Assembly (NCBI GenBank): GCA_963782055.1
Contig: CAWAIF010000003.1
Coordinates: forward strand, 5,760,001-5,824,000
DNA: 64,000 nt
From: an uncultured delta proteobacterium
GTDB taxonomy: Bacteria > Myxococcota_A > Polyangia > Polyangiales > Polyangiaceae
Direction of reading: 5' to 3'
The position numbers were made by a program, and so were the translations under genes. The notes under the pieces are model-generated. The model worked only from the letters and a program-made list of their open reading frames with translations. It did no database searches and was not told where the DNA came from. This document shows, one piece after another, positions 56,429-64,000 of the stretch. The first letter of the stretch is position 1; every line of letters begins with the position of its first letter.

Positions 56429-57328
56429 TCAGTCGGGGTTGCCCCGCAGCGGGCCGCCGGGCGTCTTCGCGGGGATCTCCGCGCGCACCCGGCCCGCCTG
56501 GGCGTGGCGCTCCAGGATGTCCAGGCGCTTGACCGTCTCGGCGCGGAAGGCCGCCAGCTCCCGCTGGATGCCCTCGATCCCGACCTCGTTCTTCAGGTTG
56601 ACGTGGAAGTCGGTCTCCGCCTGCGCGCGGTCCTTCATCGTCTGCCGGTTCTGGCTCATGACGATGAGCGGGCCCTGCAGCGCGACCAGGACGGCGAGGA
56701 AGAGGTTGTAGAACTGGTACGGGTACTCGTCGAAGGGCTTGGGCAGGAAGGTGTTGGCGAAGGACCAGGCGCAGGAGAGCACGAGCAGGAAGATGATGAA
56801 GGCCCAGCTCCCGTTCAGGTCTGCCACCTTGTCGGCGAGGCGCTGGCCCCAGGTGAAGTTCTCCTCGATCTCCTTGACCGCGTTGGTCGCCGCGCGCTGG
56901 CTGAGCAAGGCGTTCGTCTCGCGCAGGCGCTCCGCCATCTCGCTCAGGATCTTGAGGGCGGCGTCCCTGGACTTGCTCAGGTGATCGCCGAACTCGTCGC
57001 GCGTGAGCTCGAGGAGGGTGGTGTCGGTCGTGGCGGCGATGCTCGCCGAGCGGGGCTTGTCGTCGAAGAGAGAGAGCTCGCCGAAGTACTCGCCGGTGCG
57101 GACGTCCTTCAGGATGACGGGCGGCGTGTCCTTGTCCGGCGAGGGCAGGAAGATCTGCACCGAGCCGGAGAGGACGATGTACATCGACGAGCCCTTGTCG
57201 CCCTTGTCGAAGACCTTGTCGCCCGCCTTGTACTTGCGCTCGGTGAGGCGCTTGCCGAGCGCCTCGCGGTCCTCGTCGGAGAGGCCCTCGAAGAGGGGGA
57301 TCTGAGCGAGGAGATCCGCGTGACGCAT
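56429..57328 (-). CDS. cNMP-binding domain fused to DUF1003 membrane domain
   Basis: GEYFGELSLFDDKPRSAS; GQRLADKVA..GSW, FDEYPY..NL, QGPLIVMSQNRQ. Confidence 0.88.
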   Translation of the reverse strand: MRHADLLAQIPLFEGLSDEDREALGKRLTERKYKAGDKVFDKGDKGSSMYIVLSGSVQIFLPSPDKDTPPVILKDVRTGEYFGELSLFDDKPRSASIAATTDTTLLELTRDEFGDHLSKSRDAALKILSEMAERLRETNALLSQRAATNAVKEIEENFTWGQRLADKVADLNGSWAFIIFLLVLSCAWSFANTFLPKPFDEYPYQFYNLFLAVLVALQGPLIVMSQNRQTMKDRAQAETDFHVNLKNEVGIEGIQRELAAFRAETVKRLDILERHAQAGRVRAEIPAKTPGGPLRGNPD

Positions 57329-57426
57329 CGCTGCCCATGGTCGCAAGGCCGCGCGCGGGGCGCAAGCCGTCGATCGCACCCCGGATCCGGCCGATCCGGG
57401 GGCGCGCGGGGCGCGTAGAAGCTGAG

Positions 57427-57813
57427 GTGCGGCGGATCGCGCGGTGGCTCCTGGCGGCGGCGATGACGGCGGTCGGCGCCCTCCACTTCGTCCTGACCCC
57501 GGCATTTGCCCACATCGTGCCCGCGTGGCTGCCTCACGCCGTGGCGCTCGTGCTCGTCAGCGGCGCCTGCGAGATCGCCGGCGGCGTGGGGCTTCTGATC
57601 CCGCGCACCCGTCGCGCCGCGAGCCTGGGCCTCGTCGCGCTCTACGTGGCGGTGTTCCCGGCCAACGTCAACATGGTCGCGCACCCCGCGCTGGGCGGCG
57701 CCCTCCCGCTCTGGGCGCTCTGGGCGCGGCTCCCGCTGCAGATCCTCTTCATCGCGTGGGCGCTGTGGGTCGGGCGCGACGCACCGGCCACCCCGTCAAC
57801 GACAGTCGACTGA
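57427..57813 (+). CDS. DoxX-like membrane protein
   Basis: GALHF...IVPAWLP...SGACEIAGG...AVFPANV...RLPLQ. Confidence 0.8.
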   Translation: MRRIARWLLAAAMTAVGALHFVLTPAFAHIVPAWLPHAVALVLVSGACEIAGGVGLLIPRTRRAASLGLVALYVAVFPANVNMVAHPALGGALPLWALWARLPLQILFIAWALWVGRDAPATPSTTVD

Positions 57814-58551
57814 TCCGCGAAGCAACTCCAGGTCCGCGGCGGTCAGCTTGTCGATGTCGACGCGCGAGTGCTCGTCCCTCAGCTGGACCGCGCCCAGTGA
57901 CGCAGGGTCCGGCTCGTCTGCCTGGACGACGAGCTTGCCCCGGCGGCCGATGAGCTTCGGCGAGCGAGGCGACCCGCCGTGCAGGACGAAATCGCCCTCC
58001 GCCGTGACGTCGAGGACGTAGCGAGGGCGCATGACCAGCGCCCAGAGCACGTTGAGGCCCGTCAGCACCGCGGCCCAGCCGACGATGCCGAGCAGCACCG
58101 CCCAGCCGGCGGGCAGCCATGTCGCCAGCGCGAGCACCGCCGGGACCACGATGAAGACCCCGGGGTTGATGAAGGCGAAGCCGAAGCCCCAAGGCAGCTG
58201 GGCGAGGAGCTTGTCGCGCAGCAGCTCGCGCTCGATGACCATGTGCACCGCCTGCCCCTGCCGCCGCGCCGACACGCGCATGGGACGCCTCGCGAGCCGG
58301 GCGGCACGCCGCGCGCGCTTCCTGTCCTGGATCGCCCGGGCGCGCCCCTGCGCCATCAGCTCCGCCCGCTCGCGCGCCGCCACGATCTCGCTGATGGACG
58401 AGGCCTCGCTCGGGGCGAGCGGCGCGAGGCCGGTCGGCTGAGGGGCGGGCGGCGCGGCGCCACCCGCGAGCTGCCCGCGCAGCTCCTCCACCTCCTCCTC
58501 CAGCGCGGACACCTTCGCCCGGAGCGCCTCCGTCTCGTCGCGGTACGTCAC
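57796..58551 (-). CDS. Hypothetical protein with N-terminal coiled coil and TM helices
   Basis: YRDETEALRAKVSALEEEVEELR; hydrophobic central segment. Confidence 0.6.
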   Translation of the reverse strand: MTYRDETEALRAKVSALEEEVEELRGQLAGGAAPPAPQPTGLAPLAPSEASSISEIVAARERAELMAQGRARAIQDRKRARRAARLARRPMRVSARRQGQAVHMVIERELLRDKLLAQLPWGFGFAFINPGVFIVVPAVLALATWLPAGWAVLLGIVGWAAVLTGLNVLWALVMRPRYVLDVTAEGDFVLHGGSPRSPKLIGRRGKLVVQADEPDPASLGAVQLRDEHSRVDIDKLTAADLELLRGSVDCR

Positions 58552-58618
58552 GGCGCTCCGGATCTTACTCCTCTCCTCCGCGCGCGCGAGCCTCCCTGTG
58601 CACGCCGCTCGCGGCGTC

Positions 58619-59965
58619 TCAGTGCGCGGGCGCGTCGCTGGACGGCTTGGCGTTCCAGAGCGTGAGCATGATCAGCGCGCCGATAGCCGAGAAGGGGATC
58701 AGGGTCCAGGTCCACACCGCCCAGTGCCACTCGTCCAGCACCGCGCCGAGGCCGATGCCCGTGAGGCCGGCCCCCACGTACTGGATGCCGTCGAGCAGCC
58801 CGGCGGCCGTCGCCGCGGCCTTTCGTCCGCCGAAGTCCATCGACGCGGTGCCGCTGAGCATGCCGTGCACGCCGAAGATCCACATGCACGAGAAGCCGAT
58901 GAGCAGCGCCGCGGCGGTGGGCGAGTGGGTGAGGCCCAGCGCGGCGATCGACCCGATCTGGCCGAGGTAGAAGATGAAGGCGACCGGCGCCCGGCGCGAC
59001 TGGAAGAAGTAGTCGGAGACGAAACCGCACACCAGCGCGCCGGCGATGCCGCCCACGGTGATGCCGGTGGAGGCGATGCCGAACAGGGCCGACCCCTTGT
59101 CGATCTTGTGCACCTCCACCAGGAACTCCGGGAAGTAGAGCAGGAGACCCTGCCGCACGAAGCCGGTGCAGAGCTCCGCCAGGGCGATGCGCCGGAGCAC
59201 GGGGTGCCGGAGCACGTGCCGGGTGACGTCGAAGAAGCCCGGCTCCTTCGACTCCGCGCCCGTCGCCGCCACCTCCGGCATCTTCTCGTCGCCCGTCTCG
59301 AAGTCGGCGTGGCCCGCGTCGCTCGGCCGGTCCCGGATGAGGAACAGGTCGACGACGAGCATCACCCCCATCACCGCCGACGGGACGATGTAGACGACCC
59401 AGAAGCTCTGGTGGCTCGCGGCGAGGAGCCAGCCGCACACGCCGTAGGCGAGCGCGTACCCGGCCGAGATCATCGAGCCGAAGACGCCGCCGAGCACGCC
59501 GCGCTCCCGGACGTGGAACCACGCCGAGTTGACCTTGACGACGCTCAGCGCGCCGAAGGCCTGGAAGAACATGTTCACGGCGTAGAGCGCCGAGAGGCCG
59601 CCGATGAGGCCGATGGGCCAGTGCGTGGCGAAGAGCAGGCCGATGATCAGGTTGAGCACCATGCTGCCCGCGGTGCCCAGCAGGATGGCCTTGCGCCCGC
59701 CAAAGCGGTCCGCCAGCGGGCCGTTGATCAGCACGGCGGCGGCGTAGACCCAGAAGCCGGCCGTCGCCACGATGCCCATCTGGGCCTTGTCGAAGTGGAA
59801 CGCCGTCCCGATGTCGCCCTTGGCGACGTTGAAGTTGTAGCGACCCATGTACAGGGTCGCGTAGGTCAGGCCGAGCGGGAACCAGTTGGCGAAGCGACGC
59901 GCGCGAAACGACCCGGTGTGGCGCGGAGGCGCGGAGGAGGACAGGGACAGCGCAGCGGCGACCAT
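58619..59965 (-). CDS. MFS transporter, organophosphate:Pi antiporter-like (GlpT/UhpT family)
   Basis: YATLYMGRYNF, GPLADRFGGRK, WFHVRERG, AAATAAGLLDG. Confidence 0.82.
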   Translation of the reverse strand: MVAAALSLSSSAPPRHTGSFRARRFANWFPLGLTYATLYMGRYNFNVAKGDIGTAFHFDKAQMGIVATAGFWVYAAAVLINGPLADRFGGRKAILLGTAGSMVLNLIIGLLFATHWPIGLIGGLSALYAVNMFFQAFGALSVVKVNSAWFHVRERGVLGGVFGSMISAGYALAYGVCGWLLAASHQSFWVVYIVPSAVMGVMLVVDLFLIRDRPSDAGHADFETGDEKMPEVAATGAESKEPGFFDVTRHVLRHPVLRRIALAELCTGFVRQGLLLYFPEFLVEVHKIDKGSALFGIASTGITVGGIAGALVCGFVSDYFFQSRRAPVAFIFYLGQIGSIAALGLTHSPTAAALLIGFSCMWIFGVHGMLSGTASMDFGGRKAAATAAGLLDGIQYVGAGLTGIGLGAVLDEWHWAVWTWTLIPFSAIGALIMLTLWNAKPSSDAPAH

Positions 59966-60162
59966 GCAGCGTTTCCGCTTATAGCCATAGACCAGGGCGC
60001 CGTCAGTCGCGTTCGTCGAATGTGACAGACGTGTGAACTCGACACCCACGCCACACGAGGCAGGGGTGTCCCGGGACAGGCAAAGGGGACGCACCGGACA
60101 GGCCGAACACCCGCGAAACGCGGCGGATCCGGGTGGCACGCCGGTTGATGAGGCTGGAGGGC

Positions 60163-60963
60163 ATGAAGCCCCTCATCCTTTTCGCTGCGCTCGCCGCGCT
60201 CTCCTCGTCTCCCTCCGCGTCGCTCGCGCCGCCCCACACCACGGGCTCGGGGGGCTCGGCGTTCGTCGCCGTCTCCTTCTTCGCCATGCAGGGGAGCGTG
60301 CGCGAGATGGGGGGGATGCTGACCGTCGGCTTCCCCTTCGATCGGCTCCTGCCCGGCGGCGGAGGCGCCCCGGCGGTCTCGCGCGCCCTGGCGCAGGGCC
60401 CCGCCACGCCGGACGGTCCGGTGGTGATCGTGCCGGCCGCGCCGCCGCTCACACCGCGCGTGGCGCGCCGGGCGGTTCACGCGGCGTGGCGCGCCGCCGG
60501 CATCGGCTGCGACGACTCCGCGCTCGACGCGATGGTGAAGCGCGCGCGACTCTCCGCCCTGCTGCCGGAGGCGCGCCTGCGGGCGATGCAGTCCAGCGGC
60601 GATCGCCTCTACGAGTACTCCTCGGCGGACAGCTACCACACGACCGACGGCACCGGCACGACCGTCTGGCTGGAGGCTCGCCTCACCTTCCGGCTCGATC
60701 GCCTCCTGTTCACCGAGCAGGAGCTGCAGACACAGCGCATCCGGCTGGACCGCGCGCAGCTGCGCGCGCGGATCGCGGCGAAGGTGGTCGCGGAGATCGC
60801 CAAGTGGGCGCGCGCCCGGGTGGACGAGGCCGCGTCCCCACTCGACTCCGACGCCCGAACCGAGGCGCTCCTGCGCGCCATGGGGGCGGAGGTCACGCTG
60901 GACGTCCTGACCGACGGGTGGTTCTCCCGCTGGCGTGCCTCCGGGGTGCAACCGCGCCCTTGA
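60163..60963 (+). CDS. Exported hypothetical protein
   Basis: Signal peptide; helical RARLSALLPEARLR segment. Confidence 0.6.
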   Translation: MKPLILFAALAALSSSPSASLAPPHTTGSGGSAFVAVSFFAMQGSVREMGGMLTVGFPFDRLLPGGGGAPAVSRALAQGPATPDGPVVIVPAAPPLTPRVARRAVHAAWRAAGIGCDDSALDAMVKRARLSALLPEARLRAMQSSGDRLYEYSSADSYHTTDGTGTTVWLEARLTFRLDRLLFTEQELQTQRIRLDRAQLRARIAAKVVAEIAKWARARVDEAASPLDSDARTEALLRAMGAEVTLDVLTDGWFSRWRASGVQPRP

Positions 60964-60995
60964 CCGGACGGGACGGCTGGCCGACGCTCCCGCGG

Positions 60996-61310
60996 ATGAA
61001 CTCGAACACGGCGCTGTTCGTCGTCGAGGAGGTCGTGGAGGTGCTCTTCGGGCTGAGCTGCATCGTGGCCGGCCTGATCGTCGCCAGGCGCTCCACCGGC
61101 GCCGCGGTGGGCTTCGGGCTCGCGGGACTCACCGGCTTGCTGGCCGATCTCGTCTCCTTGCTCGTCTCCCGGGCGGCGACCAGCGGGCACGGTTACGCCA
61201 GCATCCAGCTCATGCAGACGACGCTGAGCGGGTTGCGCAACCTGGTCTTCTACGCCGGGTTCGCCGTCGCGCTCTTCGCCCTGGCGCGCGCGCAGAGGCC
61301 GCCGGCATGA
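60996..61310 (+). CDS. Small three-TM membrane protein
   Basis: Three hydrophobic helices. Confidence 0.6.
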   Translation: MNSNTALFVVEEVVEVLFGLSCIVAGLIVARRSTGAAVGFGLAGLTGLLADLVSLLVSRAATSGHGYASIQLMQTTLSGLRNLVFYAGFAVALFALARAQRPPA

Positions 61311-61624
61311 GCGGCGCGGCGTCGGCCCTGGCCTGGCTGCAGTTCGGGTTCCACCTGGTGCTGGCGATCGCCTTCGGCGTCGTCGCGCTGGTGCTGGCGC
61401 GGCGCGCGGGCAAGGGCGCCTACGTGCTGGCGGGGATGGCCGCGGTGGACCTCGTCGGCCTCGTCTTCGCGCGGGTGGTGTGGACGTCGATGCGAAGCGC
61501 ACCGCTCGACCAGCTGGACACCATCATGACCGTCATGGGCCTCGCCGACATCCTGCTCGGCCTGCTCTCGTGCGGCCTCGTCCTCCTCGCCGCGATGATG
61601 CTCCGGCGGGCGCCGCCGGCCTAG
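61307..61624 (+). CDS. Small three-TM membrane protein (similar layout to the upstream gene)
   Basis: ATGA coupling; three TM helices; both proteins end in PPA. Confidence 0.6.
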   Translation: MSGAASALAWLQFGFHLVLAIAFGVVALVLARRAGKGAYVLAGMAAVDLVGLVFARVVWTSMRSAPLDQLDTIMTVMGLADILLGLLSCGLVLLAAMMLRRAPPA

Positions 61625-61726
61625 CCCGCCACGCCGCGCGCGCCGCTGGCGGAGGCGATCGTTGCCATGCCAACGATCCGGCGTTTGACGCCGCTCGACG
61701 CTTGGCGCCCCCCCCGGCGCGGGAGC

Positions 61727-62575
61727 TCAGGGGGAGAAGTCGAGCTCGATCCACAGCTCGCGCGAGGCGCCGGGGGCGAGCTCGATGAGGCCCTCGCCGG
61801 TGTTGAGCGCGTTGCCGGGGCAGGTCCACGGCTCCAGGCACACGAAGTCGCGACCGGCGAGCGTCCAGACGACCCAGCGCGTGAGGTCGTGCGAGGCGCG
61901 CAGGGCGAGGCGCGCGCCGTCGCCCCATGTCAGCTCGCTGGAGGAGCCGCCGTGGTCGAGCAGGTGCATGTCGACCTCGGGCAGGGTGAGGTCGAAGCCG
62001 CCGAAGGGGACGACCTTCTTGGCGACGTTGTCGAAGGCCCGCGTCGCGCGGGTGGCGATGCGCGCCGCGGCCTTGTCGTGCACGGCGAAGTAGGGGTGGA
62101 TGCCGAAGCCGAAGGGCATCGCGGAGTCGCCCTCGTTCTGGACACGCGCGGCGAGACGCAGGCAGCGCCCGCGCAGGGAGAAGTCGATGGAGGCGGAGAA
62201 GTCCCACGGGTATGCCGCGCGGGTCTGCTCGTTCGACGCGAGGGTCAGGGTGGCGGCGGCGGCGCCCTCCTCGCGCGTGCCGCCGACCGCCCACGGCAGG
62301 TTGCGCGCGAACCCGTGCTGCTTCATCGACCCGGACTTGCCCCCGCGCTCGAAGTGGTCGCCCTCCAGCTTCCCCGGCGAGGGGAAGAGGATGGGAACGC
62401 CGCCGCGCACGTTCTTCTGCGGGTCGCGCAGGGTGGCCTCGTCCAGGTAGAGCACGTCCCTGTCGCCCACGCGGAAGCGGGTGACGATGGCGCCGCGCGC
62501 GGGGACGATGGTCACCTCGCTCTTCGCCTCGTCGTCGTACAGCGCGATCGTCTCCCCGGGGCTCACGCGAAACAT
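61727..62575 (-). CDS. Aldose 1-epimerase / galactose mutarotase family
   Basis: RGGVPILFP, QHGFARN, GIHPYF, FVCLEPW. Confidence 0.88.
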   Translation of the reverse strand: MFRVSPGETIALYDDEAKSEVTIVPARGAIVTRFRVGDRDVLYLDEATLRDPQKNVRGGVPILFPSPGKLEGDHFERGGKSGSMKQHGFARNLPWAVGGTREEGAAAATLTLASNEQTRAAYPWDFSASIDFSLRGRCLRLAARVQNEGDSAMPFGFGIHPYFAVHDKAAARIATRATRAFDNVAKKVVPFGGFDLTLPEVDMHLLDHGGSSSELTWGDGARLALRASHDLTRWVVWTLAGRDFVCLEPWTCPGNALNTGEGLIELAPGASRELWIELDFSP

Positions 62576-62622
62576 GCCTCGAGCATAACCCCCTCGGCCG
62601 CGGGCGCTATACTCCGCGCATC

Positions 62623-63627
62623 ATGCGCGCCTGTCTTGTCTTGCTCTCGCTGACGCTCGTGGCGTGTCCGGGCCCCGAGCCGAACGGCGACGCGGGCACG
62701 CCGCCCGCGTGGGCGCCCGCCTTCAGCACCGCCGCGACCGGCTGGCTGCTCAACACGTGGGGCCCCTCGCCGGACGACGTGTACATGGTGGGTGGCACCA
62801 CGACCAAGGCGGCGGTGATGCACTTCGACGGCACGGCGTGGGCGCCCCTCACCCTCGGCGTGGACGCCCCGCTCCTCAACTGGACCTACGGGTTCGGCCC
62901 GGACGACATCACCATGGTGGGCAACGCCGGCACGGTGCTCCACTGGGACGGGCAGACGTGGACCAAGGAGACGACGCCCACGACGCAGGATCTCTGGGGC
63001 GTGTGGGGCGCGGCGCCCGACGACCTCTGGGCGGTGGGCGGCGACGGGCAGAAGGCCGGTCAGGCGACGCTCCTTCACTTCGACGGCGCGGCCTGGAGCG
63101 CGGTCACGCTGCCGGCGATGCAGAAGCCCAACGTCTTCCAGCTCCTCAAGGTGTGGGGCACCGGCCCCGACAACGTCTACGCGGTCGGCCAGCGGGGCGA
63201 GGTGCTGCACTGGACGGGGACCGACTGGAAGGAAGAGCTCGTGGGGGCCAGCGACGACCTGATCTCCCTCTGGGGGACCGGACCTGATCGCATTGTCGCG
63301 GTGGGAGGCCGCTCCAACGGGATCGCCAGCGTGTGGGACGGCACGTCGTGGCACACGACCTCCCTCTCTCCCCTGCCCGGCCTGAACGGCGTCTGGATGC
63401 GCGTCCCCGGCAAGGCGCACGTCGTCGGGGCCTACGGAACTCTGGGCGTTCTGGACCTCGCGACCATGACGATCACCACCGTGGATCCCCCCACCCAGCT
63501 CGACTTCCACTCGGTGTTCGGGGACACCCAGGGCCACCTCTACGCGGTTGGCGGGAACCTTGCTTCAGCCAACCCGACAACCTATGTGGGGCTGGCTTAC
63601 ACGCGGCTCCTCGGGGCGGAGGAGTGA
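62623..63627 (+). CDS. Beta-propeller lipoprotein (WG...D.W.VG...H(F/W)DG..W repeats)
   Basis: Lipobox LVAC; about six repeats. Confidence 0.8.
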   Translation: MRACLVLLSLTLVACPGPEPNGDAGTPPAWAPAFSTAATGWLLNTWGPSPDDVYMVGGTTTKAAVMHFDGTAWAPLTLGVDAPLLNWTYGFGPDDITMVGNAGTVLHWDGQTWTKETTPTTQDLWGVWGAAPDDLWAVGGDGQKAGQATLLHFDGAAWSAVTLPAMQKPNVFQLLKVWGTGPDNVYAVGQRGEVLHWTGTDWKEELVGASDDLISLWGTGPDRIVAVGGRSNGIASVWDGTSWHTTSLSPLPGLNGVWMRVPGKAHVVGAYGTLGVLDLATMTITTVDPPTQLDFHSVFGDTQGHLYAVGGNLASANPTTYVGLAYTRLLGAEE

Positions 63628-64000
63628 TGAGGATCGCGACCATCTTGCTTGGCGTCGGAATCGTGGGGGCCGCGGCTGCGGCGTGCGGGCCGTCTACGCC
63701 CGAGCCGCAGCTGGCGACAGGCGTCTTCGCCGACCTGGGCGAGATCCGCCCCAACGCGACCGACGAGCAGAAGGCCACCTTCGAGCGCGGCAAGAAGGTC
63801 GCGCTGCGCCGCTTCACCAAGGCCGACGGGCTCGGCCCGGAGTTCAACGTCACCTTCTGCGTGGCCTGCCACGAGAAGCCGGTCACCGGCGGCGGCGGCG
63901 CGCGCTACCGCAACTTCCTGCTCGTCGCCCAGACGCTCCCCGACGGCTCCTTCAACAACCTGGGCAAGAGCGGCGTGCTCACGCACTTCACCACCGGCTC
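63627..64000 (+). CDS. Di-heme oxidoreductase-family (DUF1111-like) lipoprotein, N-terminal part (runs off window)
   Basis: Lipobox AAAC; FERGKK...DGLGPEFNVTFCVACHE heme-c CxxCH. Confidence 0.75.
   Translation, partial: MRIATILLGVGIVGAAAAACGPSTPEPQLATGVFADLGEIRPNATDEQKATFERGKKVALRRFTKADGLGPEFNVTFCVACHEKPVTGGGGARYRNFLLVAQTLPDGSFNNLGKSGVLTHFTTG

Overview
Very GC-rich bacterial chromosome segment, most consistent with a myxobacterium (Myxococcota, Polyangiaceae/Sorangiineae-like). The basis for this is a MYXO-CTERM-like tail, a TIGR04563-type small protein, an MXAN_5187-like C-terminal domain, Cys-rich repeat lipoproteins and a large Ser/Thr kinase-ATPase. It holds about 60 CDS, including ftsY (3' end), two outer-membrane beta-barrels, an HDAC-family protein, PLD/glpA/glpB/esterase, a CtpA protease, a QueA paralog with an SDR, a ThiO-like oxidase, rplS, bcp, a stand-alone rplC, rlmE, an Xre/RES toxin-antitoxin pair, serS and many exported proteins. 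Non-coding features are tRNA-His(GTG), tRNA-Cys(GCA), a probable 6S RNA and a cobalamin riboswitch. No integrase, transposase or cas gene was seen. The most intriguing items are: a 3-copy 36-bp repeat/spacer array just downstream of the 6S RNA; a lipoprotein with a Fam20/four-jointed/PI4K-like kinase core; a recurrent Asp-Ala-Gly motif concentrated in exported proteins; a stand-alone PglZ-like protein; a B12-riboswitch-controlled lone lipoprotein; and a regulated QueA-paralog/SDR unit. All family calls come from motif recognition by eye, not database searches.
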